From Takakia lepidozioides (Eukaryota > Plantae > Bryophyta), in contig CM060731.1 in the NCBI GenBank assembly GCA_030704615.1, forward strand, positions 82,522,001-82,586,000: DNA of 64,000 nucleotides, read 5' to 3'. Positions 23,361 to 35,088 of the stretch are shown one piece after another. Below the pieces are notes generated by a model. That model ran no database searches, was not told the origin of the DNA, and saw only the letters and a program-made list of their open reading frames with translations. The stretch's first letter is position 1; the number at the start of each line of letters is the position of its first letter. A program made the translations under genes and the position numbers.

Positions 23361-24580
23361 GTCTTCTGTAAACCGGGCGCTGGTACTGCAGCCAGCTTTT
23401 TCATCATCAATTCCATCTTCTCCATATACTCTTCAAAAGTTTCATGCTTCTTCTGCTTCAGCTGTTGTAAACTTCCATACACTTCATCCTCAGTTTTACT
23501 TGTCCTGAACCTATTTCGAAATGCTGTATTCAAGCCATTCCAGGTTAGGAAATGATTATCAGGGAATCTTGCATACCATTCACTTGCTTTCTTGATAAGT
23601 GAACAAGGAAACAGTCTCATCTTGGCATCATCGCCATTCTCATTGTTCACTATACACATGTGCTCAAATTGGCTAATGTGTACATCGGGATCCCCTTTTC
23701 CTGAATATATTGGAAAGGGTGGTTTTGCCCGTGTTGGTTGTAACGCCATCTGTGGCCCTACCTTCTGCGCACTGACAGGTGCTGGCACCCTTGCTGGTGC
23801 TGGTCCTTCTGGACCTGTTGTTTTTGTGGTGGATCTTCCACCAAGTGGTGGCCCTTGAGCACTCCTTGCTTCTGGCCCCACGATATTCACAGTATTCCCA
23901 GCTTCAGTTGCACTACTTCCCACACTCCCTGTCCCCCCAGAGCCAGATCCAGGCAGCCCGCCTGATCCCCCTGAGCCGACACCTTCGTTGGCCTGTGATC
24001 CAAGTGCTCCACTTGATCCAGGTCCAACGGGTTGGGATGTCCTGGTTGTAGTCTCAACCTCAGCTGTTGGGTCTACTTCTTCATATTCTTCCTCTTCTAA
24101 TTTCTTCTCTCTTTTTTCATCCTCCAAGTTCTGCCCTTGGGTTTCTTCTTCACTCATGTAACTCAACTGTAATGGTGTTGGAGAGTCTGAACTCTCCGTT
24201 GGCTTTGCCACATCCTCTTCTCCTTCTTCACCTTCTGCTTCAGAAACTGGAGTTCCTGCTTTTGGTGTTTCATGCCAACTCTTATCAAAGATTTCTGTCA
24301 AGTCTTTTATCCAAGGATGTACCTCAGATCTTTCACCTCGTGATTGATCTTCTTCCTGTACCAATTCCCTTAATATTTCTTGCAAAGAAACAGAAGGAGT
24401 GGCATCCAACTCTAGTTCTTCCGGTATAGGTGATGCACTCTTTGATCTTAATGGTGTGAGAGGTCCAGATGATTCCCCTATGTCTATTCCTCTCTCCCAA
24501 AGATATGGATAATTAGCTTTCAGATAGCTTTCTCTTTTTGCTGAATATCTCTGTCGTCTAGCTTCTCTTTCATCACTCAT
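23255..24580 (-). CDS. gag: D3 gag (capsid domain; C-terminus deleted)
   Basis: YSGKGDPDVHISQFE...RLFPCSL..ASEWY...TWNGLNTAFRNRF...LKQKKHETFEEY retrotransposon-gag signature. Confidence 0.88.
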   Translation of the reverse strand: MSDEREARRQRYSAKRESYLKANYPYLWERGIDIGESSGPLTPLRSKSASPIPEELELDATPSVSLQEILRELVQEEDQSRGERSEVHPWIKDLTEIFDKSWHETPKAGTPVSEAEGEEGEEDVAKPTESSDSPTPLQLSYMSEEETQGQNLEDEKREKKLEEEEYEEVDPTAEVETTTRTSQPVGPGSSGALGSQANEGVGSGGSGGLPGSGSGGTGSVGSSATEAGNTVNIVGPEARSAQGPPLGGRSTTKTTGPEGPAPARVPAPVSAQKVGPQMALQPTRAKPPFPIYSGKGDPDVHISQFEHMCIVNNENGDDAKMRLFPCSLIKKASEWYARFPDNHFLTWNGLNTAFRNRFRTSKTEDEVYGSLQQLKQKKHETFEEYMEKMELMMKKLAAVPAPGLQKTWFVSGKQLSSQTGGLMHTKSCPLDFVMHQRPFRE

Positions 24581-24601
24581 GTCCCATGTCTTTCATTTCT
24601 T

Positions 24602-25297
24602 TTAATGTGGCAATAACCAAAACTCTCTTCTGTAATATCTCTCATATATGCCTGGGTTTCTTTCAAGCTTCAATGCACCCTTGGCTATACTTGAAGTCTC
24701 CGTTACCATATAACCATATGGCAAACAAGTCTGAAAAGCTGTTCTTGGTGTGAGTTTGATCCACAAAATATCCTTTGGAATTTAATTCTTTACCAGTACA
24801 AGCTCTTCATGCATATGAGTATAAACATTCACCTTTCTTTCTTCCCAGCCTTCAAACTCTACTCGTTTAATGGATAGCAATGCTATCACATAAACCAATG
24901 TTGGTAACCAACGTGCTCTTCCTCTACAGGCTACCTGATAAATCTTTATCACCCTTTTCTCCAGACCCCATTCTGGATCAGCATCATGCACTCGTTTAAG
25001 AATATTTTCTTTACAACCGTCTGGCAATTCCAAGAACCTTTGAAAGAATCGTTTGGACAATCTTTCTTCCTTCGTTCCACAGGGAATTTGATTCACTTCA
25101 AATTCTTTAATGGTCCAACCACCATGATCCCACCATATGCCTGTCACATCTGGTTGTTCATGTCCCAGGTCCCCAGTATGGTCGCCAAATGTCGCGCGGC
25201 TTTTACTCACCCATCCCTTCGCTATTCGAGGCGGAAACTCCAAGATTGAAGAGTTGGAAATCTCTAAGTACTCAGCCCGCGCAGAACAATCAGTCAT
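24602..25297 (-). pseudogene. Family D extra ORF1 upstream of gag (~230 aa; one internal stop in this copy)
   Basis: Conserved in D1 (11555-12250), D2 (13226-13910) and D3. It starts inside the LTR and reads through the PBS. Confidence 0.75.
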
Positions 25298-26272
25298 GAC
25301 CTACAGCTAGTGTATCATGGGGGTGTTTCCTATTTGTTTCCCTTTTGATATTCATGTTAACTATCTTACCATTGATAATTAAGTATCAGTTTGCTTTATC
25401 AATCTATTGGATTCCATCAACTCATCCATTCATTCCACAGCTTCACTCAGATCTCTCTACACAGTGTGATTGTATCGTAAAAGTATCCGATTATGATTTA
25501 TCAGGTATCAGGCCGAAGCCATTGTGTCTCTAATCTACTCTACAATATCATTACAGCCTTGCATATATCAAGCATCTACTCATCATCTCTCTATCTTCAC
25601 TTCCGTTCTTCATCTCTGCCCGATCCCCTCTCCTCTATCACCAAGAAGTCCTCCTCCGAATGATGTCCCTCAATTCCCCGTTTCTCCCTTTATCTTCCTA
25701 TCCGCGGTTCTAACCGTTTCCCTCACTAACCGTCGTCTGTGAACTAACATGTTCCCTTCGTAGGTGTTGTTCCCCACAGTCGTTCCCTGTCCTACTTTTC
25801 GTTCCCTATGATCGTGACAGCTGTGTCAAGCTGTAACTGGCTGTGTGAAACTGTGACGGGCTGTGACTGGCTGTGCGACTGTGTTTGGTTGTGTCGGGCT
25901 GTGACTGGCTGTGTGGCTGTGCCGGGCTGTGTCGGCTGTGTCGGCTGTGTCTGCTGTGACGACTGTGACGGCTGTGTCGGCTGTGACGACTGTGTTGGCT
26001 GTGTCGACTGTGACGGGCTGTGTTGGCTGTGTCGGCTGTGTCTGCTGTGACGACTGTGACGGCTGTGTGGGCTGTGTCGGCTGTGACGACTGTGTTGGCT
26101 GTGTCGACTGTGACGGGCTGTGTTGGCTGTGTCGGCTGTGACGGCTGTGTAACCCCCCTCTACAGTGCGCTGCTGTCACCCCTAAGGCTCCTGTTGGTCT
26201 TGGTCTGTGCAAAAATTAAGGGTACCCTACAGATCCCGTATAAGTGTCTAAGTCCCCAACAGTCCTCTAACA
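25190..26272 (-). repeat. 5' LTR of D3
   Basis: TGTTAGAGG...GCGCGACA followed by TT and PBS TGGCGACC (tRNA-Arg-like 3' end, by recall). Confidence 0.95.
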
Positions 26273-26277
26273 AAGTG

Positions 26278-28907
26278 AATGTGGGAACTGAAGAGGAACC
26301 GAGGATGGTGAAGGTAGGGGCTGATTTGGAGCCAGAATTCTTTGAGGAAGCTACGAGTTTGTTCATCAAATACAGAGATGTATTTGCTTGGAGCTACGAG
26401 GATCTAAAAGGGATACCACCTGAGATCTGTCAGCATAAGATTGAACTGGAACCAGGGTCAGTACCAATCAAACAGACAAGGTACAGAATGAATCCCAACT
26501 ATGCACAGAAGGTTGGAAAAGATATCAAGAAGTTGGCTGAGGCTAAGTTTATATACCCGATAGAGTATACAACTTGGTTGTCACCCATTGTGATAGTTCC
26601 CAAGAAGAATGGTAAATTGAGAGTTTGTGTGAACTATAAGAAGTTGAATGCTTGCACGAAGAAATATCCTTTCCCTTTGCCATTCACAGAAGCGGTATTG
26701 GACACTGTGGCAGGCCATGAGATGTACTCATTCATGGATGGCTTCAGTGGTTGTAATCAAGTGCAAGTGGCAGAAGAAGACCAGGGAAAGACGGCTTTCA
26801 TCACAGACGAGGGTGCTTATGCATACAAAGTCATGCCTTTTGGACTTTGTAATGCACCAGCAACCTTTCAGAGAGTGATAAGTGAATCTTTTCATGAGTA
26901 TCTGGATGATTTCATGCAGGTGTTCTTGGATGTACAGCTCTAAGAATGAGCACTTGCATAAATTGGAGTTATGTTTGGCCAGATGCAGGATGAGAGGTCA
27001 GGGCCTGAATCCAGAGAAGTGTACTTTCTGTGTGAACTCAGGGGTGCTTTTGGGACACATTGTGTGTAAGAGGGGACTTCTTGTGGATCCCAGGAAGACA
27101 GAGGCCATTAAAGCCTCTCCACCACCAGTAAATGTTAAGAGTCTAAGGAGATTCCTTGGACAAACCAGTTATTACAGAAGATTTGTCAAAAGGTATGCAC
27201 AGATAGCAGCACCATTGAGCAAGCTTCTGAAGAAAGATGCAGTGTTTGCATGGACAGCTGAATGTCAACAGGGTTTTGAGGAACTTACATTGTCAGTAAC
27301 AACTACACCTGTGCTGATTAACCCTCACTGGCATGTAGTATTTCATGTTCACTGTGATGCCTCAGGAGAAGCGTTGGGTGCGGTGTTAGCCCAAAATGTT
27401 ACAGGAAATATAGATTCACTTGTGTACTATGCTAGCAGGTTGATGAACAGTGCTGAAAAGAACTATAGCACAACTGAAAGAGAAGCACTGGCAATGATTT
27501 ATGCAGTTAAGAAATTCAGGCATTACCTATTGGGAAGAAAGTTTATGTTTTATGTGGATCACCAGGCTCTGATATATCTGGTGAACAAACCTTTGATAAG
27601 TGGAAGGATAGCAAGGTGGTTAATAATCTTGCACGAGTTTGAGTTCGAAGTTGTTTACAAGCCTGGCCGTTTGCATCTTGTGGCAGATCATTTGTCACGC
27701 CTAACAACAGGAGAGCCCGCCACAGGAGTAGACGACCAATTACCTGATGCGAGTTTATTTGCAATGGAGGTGCAGGGAAGTGCAGATGAATGGTTAGATT
27801 GGCAGTGGCCAATCAGATACTACCTTACTCATGGTCAGTGTCCACCTAGTTATGGTAAGGAGCAGAGGAAGAGAATTGCTATCAAGGCTTTACCTTATAC
27901 TAAGGTAGGGGGCAGAATGTATAAGCTAGGACCTGATGGAGTACTTAAACGATGCTTGTACCACCATGAAGTAAATAAAGTCTTGAAGGAAGTTCATAAA
28001 GGAGTGGCTGGAGGTCATTTTGGAGAAGAGACTACCAGTAGGAAGATACTACTTGCAGGTTACTGGTGGCCTACTTTGTTCAAAGATGTACACAAGTATT
28101 GTCAGAGTTGTGATGAATGTCAGAGGCTAGGACCTTTGCAGAGATCTGGAAAGATGGCTTTGCATCCTACGATGCCTACTGAACCATTTCAGAAATGGGG
28201 ACTAGACTTTGTTGGACCAATTAACCCACCGGCCAAGAATACACAGAACAAGTACATAATTACAGCCACTGATTATACTACGAAGTGGGTGGAAGCTAAA
28301 GCTCTGAGGGACAACACAGCCAAGTCCACAGCAAGGTTCCTGTATGATAACATACTTACACGATTTGGCTGTCCCTTGGAATTTATCAGTGACCAGGGAA
28401 GTCACTTCATTAATGAGACCATTGAACTATTGACTAAAGAGTTCATGATTGTGCATAGGAAGAGTACAACGTATTACCCATAGGGTAATGGGCAGGCATA
28501 GGCTACCAACAAAATACTATGTACTATCTTGGCTAAGATAGTCAATGCAAACAGAACGGATTGGGATACAAAGCTGCTGACAACTTTGTGGTCATACAGG
28601 ACTTCATATAAAGTCACCACTAAGTATACACCATTCCAATTAGTTTATGGTATGGAAGCTTTACTTCCAGTGGAATTCTTGTTACCTACCATGAGAACTA
28701 AATGGGGAAAGAGAATGGAATTGGAAGATTCAATTACGGTCAGGAAACATGAATTATACCATGTGGAAGAAGTACGTGCTGATGCAGCTAATAACATGAC
28801 CATAATTCAGATGAAGAGGAAGAAACAGTTTGATGACGGCAAATTAAAGACTTTTAAGACGGGAGATTTGGTTCTCTGGTTGTAGAAGAAGGGGAAGATT
28901 AAAGCAT
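26278..28907 (+). pseudogene. pol: D2 pol: RT, RNase H and integrase with frameshift and stops
   Basis: ORFs 26020..26943, 26882..28483 and 28529..28885 are highly similar to D3 pol. Confidence 0.93.
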
Positions 28908-30844
28908 ATACCTGCAGGGCAGTCAGCATGCGTGAGCAAAAGTTGAGACCAACGTACTCGCAGAGTGCAACCGAAAACTTAAAATGCGAATGCGGTGCCG
29001 CATTTCCCAGACAAACCTCATAACCAGGCTTCGCATACAATGACAGCTGGGCTTCACCTGTAAACAATTCGCATTGCAGCTTTTCCCGCTCCCTCCTGAT
29101 GTATAAACTCCACGCTCCTTCTTGCTGTCTGCAGCTCCCTGGCAAAGAGGTTGTCCTTGTACGCACATCTGAAACGTGTCACGTAGTCTTCCAATGTCTG
29201 TGTTCCATCCCATTTGACGTACAAGCCGAACGAATTTGTATGCATTACGACTTGCTCCTTCGCATTCGTCATTACTTGCGATTCCCACATGCATTGTCAC
29301 GTAGCAGTTCAGGGAATTCGTTTCAGAAAAACAAATCTGGGGAAGTCCCTTGAATTACCTGGAACCACCAAGTCATGCGGTTGAGCCACACATCCACTGC
29401 AGGGTCGGAAACTTCGAGTGGAAAAGACCACATTGTCCTTATACTCTCCGATGCATTCCAGATCGACAGCCACCGCGTCTGCCATTTCCGATCCAATGTC
29501 AGGAGCAGGAAGAAGAGTGGCTATTGCTAGGAAGGAACTTCAGTGCATTGAAACCTCACCTTCTCTTTCGCCTCAACACATGCCGTTGAGAGGTGATGCA
29601 GTTTCTCCAATTGCATAATCGGCTACATAGCCCGAGAATAGTGTTTTGCAATCTCGGGGATGAAGTCCTTTCCAAGTGCCGGATCTGCAATGGCCACCAG
29701 CTTCACAAGCTTTGACTTGTATTTCGTTCTGGACTTGACCCCGACTTCCTTCAAGTGCTCAGTCAATGACTGCAATGTTTTGACCTGCCCCTCACTTTCC
29801 ATGAAGAAGCGTTTGGCATGGGCCAAATCCAGCTTGATGTTTGACTGCCAACAAAAACATGCAGAAGCGTTACATTCAATTCATGTGGAAAGATTACTGA
29901 AAATTGGGGAAGGATGAGCAGAGGGAAATGGGAGGACGACTTACTTCGTATATCACCTCCACCATTCCATCCATAGTGAGACGATACCATGTCCGGTCAG
30001 TTTTTGCCACGGCTTTCTGAATGAGCTCGGGCTCCAACATTTCCCCAAACATGTGCGGATCAGTGAGACCAATTTTCCTCACCCTGTACAACATATGTGC
30101 CATGTGGGTATGCACGTACGCATTTTCAGTGACCCTGCAAGGCACACTCTCCTGTTCAGTCCACGGAAGCACGGAAACAAAACAGATTGGAAACCAAAAT
30201 GCGGCACCGCATTTCAAACGTACTTGGGAGGGTATGAGTATCTTACGAGTTGAGGTCTGCCATGGCATTCTTGAGCAGGGAGATGTGGGCTGGGCGGTTT
30301 TTCGACCGGCACCTCTTTGCCTACGAGGAGGACTCATCCGTGTGGGGGCTGCTATTTCATGAGCCATGAGCCATGAGCGGCATGAGCCATGAGCAGAGTC
30401 GTAAGTGTGAAAAAAAACATGAGTAGACTATTTTCCGGAAATATGTGTCCGCGGGAATAGGGTTAAGGGTGCCACGGTCATAGGGGGAGAAGGACCTCCC
30501 GATGAAGGAGGTTCGGCAATGTTTTTTAGAATTATATATTGAATGGCAATGTTTCGCAAATGGTAGGGTGGTACTGCTCTGTACAATGGGGGCCCATTTC
30601 AGCCTAACAGCCACTTGCAAAATCCTCCCACACTCCCAATCCCAAACGAAATGAGCAATGACGCATTCTGGGAACGATGGACACAGAATAGAATAAAAAG
30701 AGGGCACAATGAGGTTTTTATTGATCCACATGAATTGAATTTGAAGCACGTCTACTGTGCTGATTGTGCAAAGAAATCGTGAGCCCTGTGCCACTGAATA
30801 CAAGTCACGTTGTCAATGGGACTTCGACTGCTCTCAGAACTAGC

Positions 30845-31687
30845 TCATGAGTCTTCGGGCTTCTCCAGGTAAAGTCGATTGCAGCCGTTGTACCGCCCCT
30901 GTTGATGTTCACCACAAATGTCCTGCCATTCAATCATACCACCATCGTATATGGAAAGCTTCACGTTTTCGTCCTCCACACCAATGCGAATGTCCCCATA
31001 CAATGGAGAAGATGAGCGCACTCCTTCATGAGTATAAGTCTCTCCGATGGAGTCCACCCACGTCCATTGGCAGCAGTTCCACTGCAAACAGCATAGCAGT
31101 GCGCATTCTTCTGCATGGGTGCCCGTCGTAGCTGGGAAAATCGGAATCAAGGATGCGCAGGAGCCACGGACTCCTCAGACCAAGATCGACACCCCGCTCG
31201 AAGGCGTACTGGCCTGGGAGATACTCAAAGCGGACAATGTTTCCACATTTGAACCAGTATCTTCTGTGTAATCTGTGTACCAGATAACGATGTCTCCCGA
31301 TGTGGCCGAATACATTGCATAATCGATGCCTCCATAAGGGCAGTCGTCCTGGTTCCGGAAGCACGGCATCCTTGCAAAGGAGGACGTGAGGACGTCTTTG
31401 ATGCCGATGACAATGACCTTGCGGACAGCAACGAAGCCCTTAGATTTTGGAAATGATGCGAAGCGGAAGAGCAGTCCGGGCTCAAATAATGGAGCATTTG
31501 GGTCCCACGCACCCACCGACGGAGGTGTAACGTGTTCATGACGCCCATACCTCTTTCTCATCCACGGGGTATAGGTTGAGATATGCCACCGAAGTCCATC
31601 CCCGGATGGAAATTCGGCGCCGCATTTACATCGAAGGGGGGATGGACTTTGTCGTGTCGAGTGGCTATCGGCCCACCTGGCAGTCAT
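30845..31687 (-). pseudogene. Unknown protein, frameshifted; paralog of 31914-32396
   Basis: DCPY.G.DYAM...SGDI.W, PW.L.I.D.D.PS and P.YGDIR...ED...LS.YDGG are shared across frames. Confidence 0.6.
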
Positions 31688-31913
31688 TGCCCGTAGTTTG
31701 CATGGCAGGGTAGGAAACTGAAATGGCTACATTCATGGAGCAGCCAATCTTCATCCGTCCAGGATCCTGTAGGGGGGAAATTTAAATGTGCCCTGGAGTG
31801 TTTGTGAGGAATTGCAGCGTTAGCTTGAACTTTTTCCAGCCACCGCGCTGCTCCTCCTCCATCCGGAAGCTGCTGTCATTGAGCGTACTCCAGTACTCCG
31901 GTACTTTTCAAGG

Positions 31914-32396
31914 ATGCTGTGCCACCGAACTCCAGCCGACTGCCCTTATCATGGCCACGATTATGCTATGTTCAAACCAGAATCAGGAGACATCATTGTC
32001 TGGCTCTCTGTTTTCACAGACGCTGCTGGAATCAAGCAAGAGTCTTTGCGCGCAATGGAGTATTTGGAGGGCTATTACCGCTTTGAGCGAGGTGAGGGCG
32101 AGGGTCAATGCGGTCCGTGGGTCCTGAAAATTGTTGACCTCGATATACCAAGCTGGAAAGGGATGCCGGACAGATCACGCACGGCCTCGCTTTGGCGCTG
32201 GAACTACTGCAAGTGGACCAGGGAGGACAGCACCGGGGAAAACTATATACGTGGAGATCACTCCGCTTTTCCAGTGTATGGAGACATTCGGCTGAGTTGC
32301 GAAGACGAATCGCACGGGCACATGAGGCCCACAGTGACCTTGTCAATGTATGATGGTGGTACTTTATATACTCTGGAAGAGAATTTACATTTATAG
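31914..32396 (+). CDS. Unknown protein, paralog of 30845-31687
   Basis: Same conserved blocks, in one open frame. Confidence 0.6.
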   Translation: MLCHRTPADCPYHGHDYAMFKPESGDIIVWLSVFTDAAGIKQESLRAMEYLEGYYRFERGEGEGQCGPWVLKIVDLDIPSWKGMPDRSRTASLWRWNYCKWTREDSTGENYIRGDHSAFPVYGDIRLSCEDESHGHMRPTVTLSMYDGGTLYTLEENLHL

Positions 32397-32415
32397 AGAC
32401 TTCATTAAAATTCTA

Positions 32416-32880
32416 TTAATCTTGAAAATCATCCGAATCCTCATCCTGTTCTAGACTGTCCTGCTCCGCCTCCACCCCCTCATTGCATTTCTCATCTCCA
32501 GCGGACAGCTCGTTGGCCAGGCTTTCGAAAGTCCCATCTTCCCCTTGCGGAACTATCCATCTCACCTCCGTTGGGTCGTCTTCCTCCTTGTCTGCGTCGC
32601 TCTCATCCGCTGAATCACATATGTACTTTCGTACCCGTCTACCCGTCTGAGCTGCTGCCAACTCTTTCCTTATCCTTCTGTCCTCCCTAGCCCTCTCCAA
32701 AATTTGCTCTACTTTACTGGGATTCTCACTTCTTCTAATCGCTGTATTTGCGAGTTTAGCTGCATAACTAGGAAGGGAGTAGTCCCTCACCGGCTCGTCA
32801 TGAAGTCGGCCCTCGCAAAGAACGGGACATTCTTCCTGGCAGGAACTGTAGGCCCTACATGTTTCGACCCGGATCCTGCA
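32416..32880 (-). pseudogene. Acidic transposon-associated protein, last exon
   Basis: Homologous to 270..773, including the upstream RKNVPFFAR.DFM block and the intron position. Confidence 0.55.
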
Positions 32881-33122
32881 ATCCTACACATGACAATCAT
32901 CAACGAGACTAATAAGAACCACAGTCCGGAAATTCGTTTGACAAAAATGACCCAGAAGGCTTTGCAAACTTACAATGTTTGCCTCACTCGTATTCCGGGT
33001 TCTCCTCCACATCAATGTCCACTGTGTCTTCCTCGGACTCCGACGAATCCGAGGAGACTTCCGCTCTGTTGGGAGCCTTAACATTCCGTTGCAGCCCTTC
33101 CAGATGGGATCCCCACACGGAT

Positions 33123-33200
33123 GAGGTTTACTATTTCATGAGCAGAAACCATGAGCCATGAGCCATGAGCCGCATGAGCCGCATGAGCGGTGAGCCGAAG
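33123..33200 (+). repeat. Variant DNA-transposon terminus GAGGTTTACTATTTCATGAGC with CATGAGC array
   Basis: Shares CTATTTCATGAGC and the 7-9-bp CATGAGC sub-repeats with 30344 and 995. Confidence 0.6.
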
Positions 33201-33973
33201 TCTAAGATACGCGGATTTCATGAGTGGACTCCTCCAAATTTGGAAATGCGGCAGATTAAACAAGTATTAAAATAATAGTTTTTTATTTGACCTTGCCGTT
33301 TTTGGACGTTCCAGATCATGTAATGCGGCGAAAATATGTCGTCAGTAACAAGTCCGCTCATGGTTTTTTAGATCCGCTCATGGAAATAAGTGACCGTGCA
33401 ACGGGAAATCCAGTATACCACTGCAAAAGGACGTCGCATACTGGCCTGTATAGAGTATTCCGCGGTTTTACATGCCTTAACATTGCAATGAAGCTGACCC
33501 TTTTGCCGCGATTAAACCAATGGAGTCTGCACCAATAGAGTCTGCAGTACTTCACAATTCTGTCTTCTTCGGATATTCGGCGGGAAAGGTTTGCAACTGA
33601 ACTGGGAAATAAGGTGCCGCATTAGGGTTGGCACGTGCGAAATTTCGGAGCGGTTTGGTGTTGGCGAAGGCCGCCTCTACCAGTACCTACGACGATACTT
33701 GGAAATGCGGCGCCGCATTTCCTTGTCGGAGGTCGAATGAGGAAAGCAAGTTTTCGGAAAGCAGAAAAACATGAACCCTCCAACATACAAAAATACATGC
33801 ACGTGGAAACAAGTGAACGATATAGTAATATCTTAGTTCGAGCAAAACAGGTTAATGGTAGGCAAGACATATGTCGGACCTTTCTGTGGCCAGAGTCTGA
33901 GGTACTGGCAGCAGTACAGTTCTACTATCCGAAAAGGATGGGCGTACCATTGTATTGGGACCGCAAGCCAAGC

Positions 33974-34174
33974 TCACTGGTCCCCTGGATCCATATTCAG
34001 AAGAGTGTGAACCTCCTGGGGGCTCAACCCTGGTGCATGTATGAAGTGATGAGTTGTGGAATTACAACGGAGTCTCTTTAGGTACACGTAGTACAAATGC
34101 TTGCAAGGGCAGTATGATGCCCCCTTGTTCGCCATGATCTGGAAGTCGGTGCAATTGCAGGTGGGTAATTCTGA
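33974..34174 (-). CDS. SWIM zinc-finger-containing protein, C-terminal fragment (cut by the gap)
   Basis: CNCTDF...CKHLYYV matches the CxC...CxH SWIM signature. Confidence 0.7.
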   Translation of the reverse strand, partial: SELPTCNCTDFQIMANKGASYCPCKHLYYVYLKRLRCNSTTHHFIHAPGLSPQEVHTLLNMDPGDQ

Positions 34175-34674
34175 NNNNNNNNNNNNNNNNNNNNNNNNNN
34201 NNNNNNNNNNNNNNNNNNNNNNNNNNNNNNNNNNNNNNNNNNNNNNNNNNNNNNNNNNNNNNNNNNNNNNNNNNNNNNNNNNNNNNNNNNNNNNNNNNNN
34301 NNNNNNNNNNNNNNNNNNNNNNNNNNNNNNNNNNNNNNNNNNNNNNNNNNNNNNNNNNNNNNNNNNNNNNNNNNNNNNNNNNNNNNNNNNNNNNNNNNNN
34401 NNNNNNNNNNNNNNNNNNNNNNNNNNNNNNNNNNNNNNNNNNNNNNNNNNNNNNNNNNNNNNNNNNNNNNNNNNNNNNNNNNNNNNNNNNNNNNNNNNNN
34501 NNNNNNNNNNNNNNNNNNNNNNNNNNNNNNNNNNNNNNNNNNNNNNNNNNNNNNNNNNNNNNNNNNNNNNNNNNNNNNNNNNNNNNNNNNNNNNNNNNNN
34601 NNNNNNNNNNNNNNNNNNNNNNNNNNNNNNNNNNNNNNNNNNNNNNNNNNNNNNNNNNNNNNNNNNNNNNNNNN
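34175..34674. other. Assembly gap (500 N)
   Basis: Run of exactly 500 n. Confidence 1.
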
Positions 34675-35088
34675 ATTTCGGAAGCACCTTCTAAGGTGTC
34701 GGGTTCCTTAGGCTTCACCTTAAACTTTGCCTTAGTGGAAGTGGCATTACCGCCATCAGCCCTAACAGTCTTTCAACGTCCTGCCAAACTGCGCCAACAA
34801 CCCTTCCCAAATGTCTGCTGGCATGGGAGACATCTGTTGGTCTGGCGGAGCCTCTAGGAAGTCCTCGGGCTCCGACTCCCAAAAATTCCTCCCGTTCTTG
34901 AGCGGCCTCGCTTTCAGAAGCATGAATCGCCTCTTCCAATTGCCGCTTCGGTGACACGTCGCCCCTATAAAGCTTATCAGGATCATCATCTTTCGGGCCG
35001 TTCCGCTTTCGCTTTGTCTTGCCCGACCCCATAATGAGGCCGATCTCAAGGATGATCGCGTACTGAACTCTAAGCTCTTTATACCAAG

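Larger units (their letters stand above)
15373..26272 (-). mobile_element. Ty3/gypsy family D, copy D3: two canonical LTRs, 5-bp TSD, internal PR/RT deletion
   Basis: 5' LTR 25190-26272 and 3' LTR 15373-16427 (both TG...CA), TSD AAGTG (15368-15372 and 26273-26277), PBS 25170-25187, PPT 16431-16444. Confidence 0.95.
12349..28907 (+). mobile_element. Ty3/gypsy family D, copy D2: 5' LTR 12349-13333, PBS, ORF1, gag (internally deleted), PR, RT, RH, INT; hosts D3; 3'-truncated
   Basis: ORFs 13226-13910, 13931-14692 and protease (LIDGGSGVN) ~14690-15372. Pol resumes in frame after D3 at 26278 (EV|NVGTEEE) and runs to ~28907. Confidence 0.9.
30344..33120. mobile_element. TIR DNA-transposon segment carrying an inverted paralog pair and the acidic ORF
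   Basis: Starts GGGGGCTGCTATTTCATGAGC (same terminus as 995) and contains ORF 32416..32790, homologous to 270..773. Right boundary uncertain. Confidence 0.55.

Noticed and set aside
28908-30343. Spliced gene relic on the minus strand
   Set aside because: Coding-like fragments, but no identifiable motif or reliable exon structure.
33974-34718. Long ORFs spanning the N run
   Set aside because: Artefacts of the gap; continuity across it is unproven.
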